From positions 1,736,001 to 1,800,000 of the forward strand of contig CDPCPM010000104.1 in NCBI GenBank assembly GCA_976551045.1: a DNA stretch of 64,000 nucleotides, written 5' to 3'. Both the position numbers and the translations under genes were made by a program. How positions within the stretch are numbered: position 1 is the stretch's first letter; every line of letters starts with the position of its first letter. Source of the DNA: Glaucostegus cemiculus (Eukaryota). This document shows positions 36,001-48,050 of the stretch, one piece after another. The notes beneath the pieces are model-generated. The model was given only the letters and a program-made list of their open reading frames with translations. It did no database searches and was not told the DNA's origin.

Positions 36001-37279
36001 AAATATAAGGCTCTCCTTTGCCCCTTTCAGTCAATCAAGTTATTAAATGAATGAGTTTTCCAACAGGGGAGGTGAAAATCAAAACCCTAAATTATCTTGA
36101 GGAACATTTGTTCACTAGATGTGTTTACTTTTACAAGATTGCATAAGTTTTTCCCCATATCTTTATAGATTTTCATACCATAGAACACATATTATTTGTT
36201 GACGTCATGATTCTGAGTACTGGCCCTTGATTTGGTTCCTTAGATGCCTTGTTGTACAGCACATGGATTCCATGCTGGACTGATTATATAATGACACACA
36301 CCTAAGCCCCATCAGGGGCCTAGCATAAGTACCTGGGTTTTTCTAGCACTAGTTGCCAGAGGATTGGTCAACCTTTGGCTCCTAGCTGCTTAGAGTGGTC
36401 TACTCTAGAGCAGTCCTGTGTTCTCTAGTCCTGCTTGAAGATTCAGTTTGTGTTGGGATTACTACTCAGATCTCCGAGGCAAGAATCCTTCCAGTTGCTG
36501 CCTGAGGATGTATCCTGACTCCAGTTTTGTACCAGTGTGCCGCATTTGGGTTCTCTGTGATCTTGCTCTTCAATCAACATTGTGACATTTGATCTTAGAC
36601 ATAAAAATTATTCTCCTTGACTGGTTTCTTTGTGAAATACTTTTCCCTCTGATAATATCACGTTGAAAGTATTCGAATGCAGCTCTGAGAAGGAGAATTT
36701 TTCTCTCCTGAACTTTGTGCAGGGATATCTCCTTTGCTCAGTTGTTCTCTTTGATGCTTTTTCCTGGATCAGAAACTTACCATCACAGACAACTGTGCAC
36801 CCAGATCTGAATGTCTCATCATTGTGAACCACTGCTGGACCTGCGCAGAAATGACTTCCCATTTTCAGCCTTGTTTACCAAATTTGCACCACTGCCTGTG
36901 TGCTGTCCTCACCTCTGTTAATCCTGCAAAAGACCTCTTGTTTGAAGGGCTACCCTCTGTCCCTGCAATTTTGCAGATTTTAAGGGGATTTTTTTTTTAG
37001 CAATGCTTTTTTCTCATGGGACTTTAAAATCACTTTTCAGTGTGATAGCTGAATAATTTTCCCCTCTGATGGACCTGCACTTCACATTTCCTTTTTACAA
37101 TGTAGCAGCTACATCTCCACAAATAGTTTCTCCTTCATGACCTTTATTATCCTAGCCTACCCCAAGACTCCATTCTCAGTTATCTCTTCCCCAGCAACTG
37201 AATTCAACTGCTCAGTGTTAGAAAATGCCAGAACAATGTCCGTTTCCATGGGTAAACAGGCAATGCAGGTGAAAGACAC

Positions 37280-37820
37280 TTGGGCAGCGGTAGTATTCCT
37301 GCTGCACAGCTCCAGTGATCCTGACCTCAGATGCTCTCTGTGAAGAGTCTGCAGGTTCTCCCTATGACCACATAGATTCCCCAAGACACTCCTTTACATC
37401 CCAAAGATGTGCTGATTGGTTAAATGGCTATTGTAAATTGCCCCTGGTGTAGTAGATGGGTGTCAGGAGAATTGGAGGGAATTGATAGATATGTGAGATA
37501 GAATAGGTTGTAGGGAAATAGTTAGCAGAAAGAGATTGACAGGATTGCTCTGAGAGCTGGCACGGATTGCGACGCTGTTACAGCACCAGTGATCGCGGTT
37601 CTATTCCCGTCGCTGACTGTAAGGAGTTTGTATGTTCTTCGGTGTCTGCGTGGGTTTCCTCTGGGTGCTCCGGTTTCCTCCCACATTCTGAAAGATGTAC
37701 GGGTAGGTTAATTTGGGGGTTTAAAATGGGTGGCGTGGACTCATAGGGCTGAAAGTGCCTGTTACCATACTGTAAGTAAAAAAAAAATTAAAAATTAATT
37801 GGCTTCTTGTGTTGTAAAAA
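37280..37820 (+). mobile_element. Older V-SINE-type element interrupted near its 3' end
   Basis: Head gctgcacagctccagtgatcctgacctc, body catcccaaagatgtg..gtaaattgcccct, tail ggattgctctgagagctggca, resuming as ggcttcttgtgttgtaa after 37796. Confidence 0.7.
37570..37796 (+). mobile_element. Young V-domain tRNA-SINE with CR1-type tail and A-rich end
   Basis: Same head and V-domain as 23782-24053, but 3' ggactcatagggctgaaagtgcctgttaccatactgta plus an A-tract. Confidence 0.85.
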
Positions 37821-37969
37821 CATGAAATATGAAAAAAAATTAATTTTGGCCTTCCAATGTCTCTGGTTATTGTTGTATTATCTGATTATTTATTACATAC
37901 CAAGTTAAAACTACATGCAAGGAGGTTTGCCCAGCAAACATACACTTGTTTCTACTGATTTGAAAGTCA

Positions 37970-38300
37970 CATTCAGGGTCACCCTTGCTCTCTGAAATTT
38001 GCATCAGGATGCTTGGAGGCCATCTTCGCTGAGATATGCCACAAATGATAGATATCTTGCTGCTCACTGTTAAAGTTGCAGAAGTCAATAGAAGATCTAC
38101 TGGCAAAGTGGAGAGCCTTCACATTTGGATAACTGCAACAACTGATTTCAGAACTTGAAGAGGCATTTGGCTGCCTTACTGTATGGGGCTCCCAGATATA
38201 TAAGCATTCATAGAAAGCACTCATGATCTTACAAGGAAGCTGCCTCCTGTATGCACTGTTCTTTGGAGGCATTTGCTCCCAGGGTGACAGTAGACTCTCC
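37970..38300 (-). pseudogene. N-terminal fragment of a Harbinger (HARBI1-like) transposase
   Basis: Minus-strand pieces SKEQCI, ALHFASRS, ICGISQ in the order of the HARBI1 motifs SEEQC..ALxFFASGS..CGISQ. Confidence 0.6.
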
Positions 38301-39019
38301 CACTCCTCCTCCCATCAGCATAGCACCCACTCATGCAGTGCCAAAACTCCCTACTACCTGAATAGGTTTCTGTTCCAGTGTGTTGTAGCCCTTTGCTTTC
38401 CCAAGTGAATGGTAAGAGGAAAGTTGCCAGCAATGCAGGAAGTTTTGCCCTTACTCCACTCTCTTCCTGAAACAGTAATTTTTTATCGACAGAATCTGCT
38501 CGTGCTGCTTTGGAATTGGCACTAAGGATTTTTTAGAGCTTTTAAAAATAGGATTAGGGTGATTGTAAATGAAGTTTTAATGCCAGAAAAACAGTAGGCA
38601 AACTTCCAGATCCAGAGCACCAACATTCACATCATAGCATTAATATCAACAATTGAACATTGAAAATGTCAGTCACAATAATGCAGGCTAAACATACTTT
38701 TTACAAGTCTTCAATCTGCACAGAGTAAACACCAAGATAAATGCAGTAAAAATAGTGGGATCAATCAATAGAATCTGTAATCATTAAGTCTTCACAAGCA
38801 AATCTAGCTTCCATAGTTGACAGTGGCATCTGTACTCAAATATTTAGCTGTTCTATTGTTTCTCAGTTATCTTTCATGGGACATTCTCTTTCATGCTGAA
38901 CCATAGGAACAGAAATTATGTTTGCAACCTATAGATTTTGCAAGAAAAATATTAGAGAAGTATTTATCTAAAACCTTATTATATCTCTTAGCAATATCCT
39001 GAACTACTTCATCAATTAG

Positions 39020-39358
39020 TTAGAAGGTGCTGTGGCAGTTGCATCAGCAACAGACACTTCAGTAAATATGCATAAAGCACGACCTCTGCTCTTGCAGCTG
39101 GATGTTGAATTAATCAATTTGGATGATACTTGTCAAGGAGGATTATTGGCCAGAATATTGGGAGAATTTTCTGAACTTCATTCAAAGCTGTCACCGGGTC
39201 TTCAGTGCTGACCTGAAGCACAAGGAGCATTTTACCAATTCATCTAAAGACAAAACCTCAAAGTTCAGCCCTTTCATGTGCACTGGAGCATCAGTCTAGG
39301 TTTCTGTGGCTTTGAACCCACAACATTCTGACTCATGAGGAAAGAGTGCAACTAAATG
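39020..39358 (-). mobile_element. Degenerate DeuSINE-like SINE
   Basis: attggccagaatattgggagaatttt..catctaaagacaaaacctc..gcactggagcatcagtctagg..tttgaacccacaacattctgactc (B-box-like, reverse). Confidence 0.7.
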
Positions 39359-39473
39359 GTTGAAGGTCTCGAAGGCAGAATTGGGTAAAGTTACATCTGG
39401 ATACAACTGTTTTCCTAGCATAATGCTGGGTTAGTTGTTTGGTCCAGGATTTCTGCCACCTTCCACTGAAGCT

Positions 39474-39899
39474 GAACTCTACTACATTGGACTGTTTAGC
39501 TAAATAGCAGTGTGTGCCTCCAAGGATACGAGGAGAGGTCCTCATGTAGATCAGGCTGCAAAGCAGAACCTCAACTTCATCCGTGAAAATGTCATTGCCC
39601 CTGTTAAATTCTAATCTATAATAGATTGGAAAATGATAGCCAGGATTTTCTGCTTCTAAGCTTGTCAACACATGACTGTCAATGAAATCAATTGGAAGGG
39701 CAAATTTTGAATGGAGAATCCCAGCTAGAAATTTTAGTTTCTGTGCCAATTGCACTATCAGAATTTATGTTCTTCAATGACATTTTCATGGATGCATTTG
39801 AGGTTCTACTTGCAGCCTGATCTGCATGTGGACATATCCTATCTTGTATCCTTGGAGGCACACTGCTCTTTAGCTAAACAATACAATGGAGCAGAGTTC
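39474..39899. repeat. About 430-bp fold-back (long inverted repeat), MITE-like
   Basis: Arms 39474-39597 and 39775-39899 are reverse complements (e.g. tgtgcctccaaggatac / gtatccttggaggcaca; gatcaggctgcaa / ttgcagcctgatc). Confidence 0.85.
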
Positions 39900-41257
39900 T
39901 GACTTAACCACCTGAGTTCTAGGAATTGCACAAAGCAGGGAAGAAATTCTGAGGACAGGGAAATCACACACCCCCTTCAGAAACCACAGGGTTTTCTTCA
40001 ATGAAATGGAAGTTCTTATCCCAACCCATGATCTTCCTGCGTGATTCCCTCCTCTGGTTGTATAGGTGAAGCTCTCCTCCTAGAATGGTTTAGCACAGAG
40101 TTCATACTGTCCTCACAACATTATTCTATTTATATCGCTGCTTTAATGTAACAAAACCTCCAAAGAATTAAGTGAGCCATTCTTGGAGAATAAATCTAAA
40201 TAAAATCCTTACAAAACATGAAAACACATTAAATATTTCCTCCGTAAACATTTCACCAACAGGATAACTGAAGATTTCTAACATAATAATGCTTCTTTTT
40301 ACTTAACCACTTATAACCTCATTGCTTAAGGCTTTGTTAGTTAGGAATGCAATTTTTTCAAATAGTAAAATGCTGAAGTTCTGTGACCAGAGTAAGAGGA
40401 TGTGACAGCTCATTCCACTTCCCACCTTTTAATAACAGGTTGTTACAACATTCGGAGGCTGTGGACGAGTGACTGCTGCTCATTAATAGTGAGTAATGGG
40501 GCAGGAAATGGAGAACCAGGGTGCAAAGGTCAGCTGAATCTACTGGAGTGAGGTAAGCGGCAGTGAAATGACTAAAAATCCAAATCACGATTAGAAGTGA
40601 AACAGCTGGCTCTTATTACCAAGTTAGTACCGCAGAAAGAACCGGAAGACCAATCTGCTCACACCATTTGTCTTTGCATCGCAAAACAGTGGCACAACCA
40701 CAGTGACTGTAAAGAGTATTTTGTGTTGGATCATTTCAAAGTACTGTTGGTGTTTTCAATCAATACTCTTTTCCTGACTTTCAGCAATGGTGCATGAGTT
40801 ATCCAGATAAGATTAGGCTAGAAGAAGGACTTCTACCAAACTAAGCCCACCTGTTTTTAATGATACAGAGTGTTCCCAATTACAACAGGTAAAGTACCAT
40901 TTAAGCAGTGATATGAGCCAAATAGAGTAGAGCGGAGAGCCGTTAGAAACGGGATAATTCATGGCTGGTAACAAAGGTGGCCTGTGTTGGTCTCTGGAGC
41001 TTGTTATGGTTAGGTTATGGACTCTATAGTGGAACATAGCTTACATGTTTACACCCCACCTAGTTCTCAAATTCCAATCTCAGGCTTGTGCATATGACTC
41101 CCTGAAGTATTAACGTGTGGAAGACTTTTCACATTTTGTTATTAATTTGCAGTGCTGACTTTGGGGTGATGGACTTGTTACTGATGACTGAGATCAGTGA
41201 CAAGTTTCTGCCCTGTTCTCTATGGGGATGATGTTCCTTCATTCTGTGCTATGGCTG

Positions 41258-41580
41258 TATTAGTATTGGTTTATTATTGTCAATTGTACTGAGGTACATT
41301 GAAAAACTTGTCTTGCATACTGATTGTACAGGTCAATTCATTACACAGTGCCGTAACATTGAGTTAGTACAGAGTGCATTGAGGTAGTACAGGTAAAAAC
41401 GATAACAGTACAGAGTGTCACATTTACAGAGAAAGTGCAGTGCAATAAGGTGCAAGGTCACAACAAGGTAGATCTTGAGGTCAGAGTCCATCTCATTGTA
41501 TAAAGAAACTGTTCAATTGTCTTATCACAGTGGGATAGAAGCTGTCTTTAAGCCTGGTGGTATGTGCCCTTAGGCTCATG
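41258..41580 (-). mobile_element. Rex1/Babar LINE 3' end
   Basis: ORF track SLRAHTTRLKDSFYPTVIRQLN is the Rex1 ORF2 C-terminal motif (RTTRxKNSFFPxAIRLLN); tail gtacaattgacaataataaaccaat. Confidence 0.85.
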
Positions 41581-41689
41581 CTAAAGGGAATTGTACTGTT
41601 GTGTGATATTTCAGAATAGCACCGTGCAGATTTTTTTGAACATGGGTAGGCTGCATTAGGTATACATGGCTTGCATGCAGCCTGACTAG

Positions 41690-42060
41690 TAATCCATAAA
41701 GGGGCTGTCAAAGGCTTCCACCAAATAGGTACATTAAAAAAAATGAAGTACTCAAAATCAATAGGGCTCTGAACAAAGCAAATAAAGAGAAACTATTCCA
41801 ATAGAATTAAAGGAATTGTCCAAAGAACCAGTGGTGATATGTGGAAACTCTTGTTCATGCAATGTGTACACAGGAATCTGCTGATTCAAAGGGAGGCAGA
41901 GGGAGATCTGGTTGTCACAAGGGAATTGAATCGGTCCTTAGGGGAGGAAACATACAGGGGTATGAGGACAGAAATAGGACTGATTGCATTACCTTTGCAG
42001 ATAGTCAATGTGGATTTGATAGACTAAATGTCCGACTTTCATTTTTTAATAATTCTGTAT
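41690..42060 (+). mobile_element. Degenerate CR1 3' fragment
   Basis: aaataaagagaaactattcca..ttcaaagggag..catacagggtatgaggacagaa..gatttgatagactaaatgtc. Confidence 0.55.
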
Positions 42061-42775
42061 TTCTACACGAAGCTTTTCTTCTCCCACCTTCTCAATCCTG
42101 TCTTAATTCTGTCTCCGGCCTTCTGATCACACCTTTTCTTCTGATCAACTTTCCTTAAACCCTGTGGTCCAGTGCATGTCAGCCGATCTCCCAGGACTTA
42201 TTTATAGCCTGCAGTCAGTGCCCAGTAGCCTGAAACTGACAGCACAGCTCTTGGGGATAACTAGGGATGCACTGGTCTCGTGTGAATGAGGCCAGGTATC
42301 CAGAATTGGGTAGCCTTGAGCCACCAGTTCATGATCAAGGATTGTTATCAAAAACCAGCCTGTGTCAAAAGAGCAAAATGAATCAATTGCTTGGCCAGAG
42401 TTCCTGAGCAATTCTGAGATAGAGATCTTGTTGGGAGTTAGAGTGAAAACAACCTGGTTGAACCCTTTTCAATTCTGAATGGGTTTTGTGATTTACAGAT
42501 TGAAGTATTTAGTCCCTAGTCATAGTAATGATCAAGCAGCCAGCTCTACCTTACACTTAAGTAATCTGAATACTATTGCCTCGTTAAACTGTCATTCCTT
42601 GTGATATTTGGCAAAGGTGTTTTAACAGGATATATTTTCCAAGTCCTTTTTACCAGGAGCCTGCAAAAACTTGGGTAAGGTAAGGGGACGAAACACCTGA
42701 GATCAGATAAAAACAATTTGTACCATCATTTTACAAGAAATGCTTGAGTATACATCTCACCTTCAGAAAGCTCTG

Positions 42776-42793
42776 TAGCCCCCTGGTGGAGTA
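42776..42793 (-). promoter_or_regulatory. Candidate CTCF site
   Basis: Minus strand tactCCACCAGGGGGCTA fits the CTCF core consensus CCASYAGRKGGC. Confidence 0.45.
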
Positions 42794-43564
42794 CAACCTT
42801 AAAAGGTGCACATGCTGGTTAAATGTGAGTTGAAACACAAGTTACAATGCACCTGTGGCATTTTTAAACTGCAGTGAATAACCTGTGGGCACACCAGAAA
42901 AAACCACCAACCTTTTAATTCTCCAACCCTGTCTTCACTTGCGTGTTTATTCAATTTCATCAATCACTTGAGTGCACACCCACAAAGACTGTGAGACAGC
43001 TGTCATTTCGAAGGTCTTTTAGGACCTTCTGCAAATTTTTCAACACCGAGGATTTGTGCTGGCAAATACCTTGATGTCTTAAAGTGAGGCTGCACTTCTA
43101 TATCCCCAGAATTTTTTCTGTTTAAGAGTATTAAAATTGAAAGGCTGATTTCAACATTAGCAATTCATACATGCATCCACCTTCCCTTCAGCTCATGGAT
43201 TAGGGAAGTATTCAACTAATGGGATGGGGAAACATTTTAGAACTGTTATTGGGTATTATATGATGAATCAACTAATAAAGACCCAACTTCCAAGCAATTG
43301 TTGGACCTTATACATATTTCATAGTAAGCTGTAGACCCAGAGTTTTTAGCAATTATTATTGTCTTCCAATTTGCCAATCTGTATATTGTTCAACAATTAT
43401 AATACTAATTGCTTTTACACATGCTTTAATAACATCTACTTTCCCTGACCAGGTAGATTTTGATTACACCATGTAGCTAATACTGCTACACATGAAAGCA
43501 TAGAAGAACTTTTATGTACAGCAAGATACCCCAGGTGGAGTGAACTATTGCTAAGGCTCAAGAG

Positions 43565-44398
43565 TGTGTTGGTGAAATGGGCTGAAAAATGGCAGATGGT
43601 GTTCAATCCAGACAAATGTGAGGTGGTAAATTTTGGGAGTACATCTGAAGCTAGGATGTATACCATGAATAGTGGGTCTTAGAAAGTACTGAGGAACAGA
43701 GGAAACCTGGAGTCCAAGTCCATAGATCCTTGAAGATGGCAACATAGATAGATACTATAGTTAGGAGGGCACATGTAATGTTAGCCTTCATTAACTGAAT
43801 ACAGAAGAAGGGAGGTGATGTGCCAACTTTATAAAACCTTGGTCAGATCTTAGCTGGATTACTGCATGCAGTTCTGATCAGCATGACATAGGAGGGATGT
43901 GACAGCACTGGAGATGGTGCAGTGGAGATTCTCCAGGATGTTGCCTGGGCTGGAGCAGTTCAGTCATAAGGAGAGACTGGAGAAGCTGGGTCTGTTCTCC
44001 CTGGAGCGGAGGAGGTTAAGAGGGGAGATGATTGAGATGTACAAAATTATGAGGGGGAGAGCTAGGGTAGACTGCAGGAAACTATTCCTTATATCAGAAG
44101 TAGACAAAACAAGAGGACATAGATATAAGGTAAGAGGGAAGAGATTTAGAGGGGATATGAAGGGGTCTTTCTTCACCCAGAGAGTGCCCAATTTCCTGGC
44201 ATGCACTACCTGGGAGAATGGTTGAAGCTGGGTCATTGGCAACATCTAAGAAATGTCAAGACGAGCACTTGAATTGCCAAGGCGTAGAGAGCTATGGAAC
44301 AAGTGCTGGAAGATGGGATTAAAGCATTAAGGTGCCCACTGGTTGGCATGGACAAGTTGGGCTAAATGGCCTGTTTCCATGCTGTACAATTCGACATC
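43565..44398 (+). mobile_element. CR1 LINE 3' portion (ORF2 C-terminus plus tail), 5'-truncated with frameshifts
   Basis: LVKWAEKWQMVFNPDKCEVVNFG; ALEMVQWRFSRMLPGLEQFSHKERLEKLGLFSLERRRLRGEMIEMYKIMRG; TRGHRYKVRG; tail gggctaaatggcctgtttccatgctgta. Confidence 0.95.
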
Positions 44399-44804
44399 TT
44401 TATATTCAACTTCAAGATTAAATATGGCTGCTAAGATGATTCTTTTGCACTTCAGCTAACATATTTCAGCTGAAACTTTTGGCTGACAAATGTAGATTGT
44501 TTTGACTATTCTATTAAGTTGGAACTCAGTAATAATTGTTAAAGATTCGGAGCCAATTGGATCCACAGTTTACTGGGAAATGTCTAAAAGCACCAAAAAT
44601 TTATGGAAGTCAGTATAATATCTTTCCTGTTTGACTCATCAGACAATATCCAATAACACCTCCAAAGTTGTTTGTGACAGATCCTGAGTCAAGTTGCTTT
44701 GATTGCGATTCATATTTGCCAAATTATGTATACCAACTCATACAACCATATGATAAAATGTATACATTTATAGCTAGATCTTTTTGGATTTGCAAGTTGT
44801 TTTA

Positions 44805-44900
44805 ATTGCTCCACCACTGTCTGCAATGCTTTCAATTGCCAAGGACCAAAGCATAAAGTTCTCTCCCTAAACTCTTCTGCCTTTCTCCCTTATTTGGATA
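44805..44900 (+). mobile_element. L2 3' fragment
   Basis: ctccaccactgtctgcaatgctttcaattgcc..ctccctaaactcttctgcct, comparable to 18685-18730. Confidence 0.5.
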
Positions 44901-45111
44901 CACTTGAATGGTCTGAAAACATAAGCATGGCAGCCATCTGAGACAGTCTGACATTGCTGAATGTGACTAAGAGTTCTATAAAGTCAATGCCTTTATGTCA
45001 TCAAATTATATTGAAGGAACATTTAATATCAGGTTGAATAATGTCCATTCTTGTAAACTTTCAACCCAAACCAGGTGTGTGCATAAGGCAGAGAACAATG
45101 AAATCTCGAAG

Positions 45112-45232
45112 AAAAAGTAAAGTACTGTGAGTGCTGTAAATCAGAAATACGCACAGCAAATGAAGGAAATATCCAGCAGGCCAGTCAGCATCTGCGGAGA
45201 GGGAAATGGAGTGAATGCTCAAGATGCTGACA
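45112..45232. mobile_element. Single arm of the Penelope-derived repeat
   Basis: gtactgtgagtgctgtaaatcagaaat..ggaaatatccagcaggccagtcagcatctgcggagagggaaa. Confidence 0.65.
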
Positions 45233-47549
45233 TACACCAGCACAGAAGTTGCTATATTGAGCAATATCCACTGAGGTTAGTTTATTTTACCTTCAGATAA
45301 CAAAAATGACATTATTTAAAATAACCTACTACAGTCTAACGCATCAGTGGACCTGCCCTTCACCTACTTCGCCAAGTTAATAAAAATTCACTGCCATTTT
45401 CCACTTAACAACAGTAGTTCTTCTTGATGAGTATCTCAGGTCTGATTTTTTTTTACCCCTTATATTCACTGACTTTGATTCTATGGTCATTTTAAAATGG
45501 TTTAATCCTTTCTATCTTTCCTCACAATCTCAGCATTTTATATACATTCGGCACCCCCATCTCAGAGTGGAGCTGTAAATATTTTAAAAAAGATCTTTCT
45601 CACTCCTTTTGTAAATCATTAGCGTTTATACACATTTTTTTAGTTTTTTTCTGTAAAATGTGGACCTTCACTCCTCCTGTAACCTGTATTTACCACACTC
45701 CACCACCTGTTAGCTACGGGCCACAGTCATTGAGAAAGATCAAGTTGTTCTTTAATGGTGATTAAAGTAGCAAATTAGCATAACATAATTTAATGTCTCA
45801 TTTGATGCTTTAAGTTGCCTTGGTGCTGTATTTATCATCCAGGAATTCAGGCAATATCACTCGTTATGGTTTAGTAAATATGGATTGTTTGCACATACTT
45901 ACCAGCAAAAGTGCCTCGCAGGCTTTTTTCCCCACATAGATATAAAAGTATTAAAGATCAAGCCAAACAGTTCCAACAAGGTTCTTGTACTGTTAATCCT
46001 GGGTGCTTACTTGTGTTGTCCACTACTTTCCTGACCAGTATTCTCTTTTTAAAAGGTCCTGTTAAGCAGTGGCAAAATTGCTTATTTAATATTTAATTCA
46101 GTGGGCAAGCTCACTGCATAAACATAGGCCAACAACTATGAAAAACAAAATGTGAATCTACTCATTTCAGCCTAGTAACTGAAATGGCTGCTTATTTCAT
46201 TTTGGAAAGTTATCAAAACTAAGCAGCAAGTTTAGTCTTATGGTTTACTCAGAGATTTGGTGGTTTTAAAAAACATTTTCTAACAATATTCTTAGAAGTA
46301 TGTTCTAAGGCTGTATTTAATTCAATTTTTCTGAATTTCATTTAGTCTGGGCATTGCAAGACAAGAGCTTTGCAAATATACCTCCCTTCTTATTCTGTAA
46401 GAAACTGAAAAGACTGTGATTAACTGCAACAATTAATTTGGATAAATTAACTTGTTTTAACACAAAGACACAAATACCAAGTTGCCGGAGATGTTCCTAA
46501 AGTGCAGAAACCATGTTACCTTAAGCACGATTCTGAGGTTATGTAGTTGGACAAGGTACGCACTGTTTGGGAGCCAGAATTTTGAACACCAGTTCTTTTA
46601 TATAACTTTGGCGAAGACAGTTACATAATTCATGTAACCGTAATGGGACTTACATGCTACGATGAGTATCTGCAGAAGTAGGTTAAAGTCAGTGGGGGTA
46701 AAGTATAAAAACAAAATCATCTGAAGCATTTTCTGGTGAATTCCTACAGACTAAAATCAATTAAGACTCTAAGTGGAGGAATTATGCAAATATAGTTGTT
46801 GGAATTATAAATGTTGATGAATTTTTTACTGATGTGGAGCTTTTCAGAGGAAATCAGCTGAATATGAATGGACTAAAATATTAACATTCCCTCATATTAG
46901 AGTTAATCTGGTCAACAAGAAAACCATCAATCCATGCAAATATGAACAGCATGTGTGAATGGAAATAAAGGAGCAGCTCAGAAACCTGATCCATATAAAG
47001 TTGTAGGATCTCATTACTGAGTGCGGTCCTTATGGAACCAATATTCAGATCGGCATTCAAGGTACAGAGGGAAGGGGATGAGCAGAACATCACAAGTATT
47101 GACTAAAACTGATGAAACATTATTTCATGTTGTTTTGGTCCTTTCTGTTCTCCCTCTAGTGGTCTTCCATGCTGTACGCTATAAAATGATGCAAACCAAC
47201 AAGCCCATACCACCCCCAAAGGCCCAAGGCATAGCTAATTGGTTAACCAATGGGGAAAAGGAGTACAGTGTGAGTTGGAGAAGCAAGTGGGAAATCTTCT
47301 CATGTTGGTTGTGCACTTTACACTCATTGGTTATTGCAATGGACTAGCCATGTTGCAGTGCCTCCTGGGTTGTATCATTGATGTGTGTCACACTGCCTTC
47401 AGGGAGATATGGTGCCATATTACATCCACCTGTTATTACTTTTATTTAAAAAATTACTTCCTAATATAGCTGGGACAATTTTCTAATTTCAAAATGTTAA
47501 ATCTCAAAGCTGCCACTCCTCAAAGTAAGCAAGCTGCATCAGTTCATAG

Positions 47550-47708
47550 CATTCAGAAGTCATTTGGACAGGTTCATGGATAGAAAAAGTTTTGAAGGAT
47601 ATGGGTCAAATGCAGGCAAATGGAACCAGGAGAGATCTTGGTTGGGATGGACACATTGGGGAAAAGGACCTGTTTCGGTGCTGTATAGTCTAAGCTCTAT
47701 GACTCTAT
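47550..47708 (+). mobile_element. CR1 3' UTR/tail
   Basis: catttggacaggttcatggatagaaaa..ggatatgggtcaaatgcaggcaaatgg..ggacctgtttcggtgctgtat..ctctatgactcta. Confidence 0.85.
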
Positions 47709-48050
47709 GGCTCATTCTTGCCATGAAGTCAAGAGATTGTAGCTTCCATTTCAATAAGGTTCTTTAGACTGAGATTTCAATGAAATACTGAGGAGGTGCA
47801 GCATTATTAAAGATGTTAGCTTTTAATTCAGATATTAAACTGTCCAATGGGTGTAAGAAATCCAAGGGCAGTATTTAAAAAATGCAAAAAAAAATTATAT
47901 TTTACCTTAAATCAATAGATAAAAAGGTTTAACTGGCCATGCATTAATTTATTGTTTGTCTATGTACCAGTGACTTCAGTTCAAAAAAATTGTAAAAATA
48001 AAAATTTGGATGTCCTGAGGGCATTATAAGATGATATCCAAATATTTATT
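47709..48050 (+). mobile_element. Degenerate DeuSINE-like SINE
   Basis: tactgaggaggtgcagcatt..cagatattaaac..gtgtaagaaatccaagggcagtattt..ggatgtcctgagg. Confidence 0.6.

Noticed and set aside
39333-39755. 140-aa minus-strand ORF
   Set aside because: Runs through the fold-back element and into a SINE head; no domain similarity recognised
43899-44225. 108-aa ORF as a functional gene
   Set aside because: It is the CR1 ORF2 C-terminus within a truncated, frameshifted copy
44608-44643. Minus-strand CTGATGAgtcaaacagGAAA as a hammerhead
   Set aside because: Stem II cannot form (G opposite G at the closing position)
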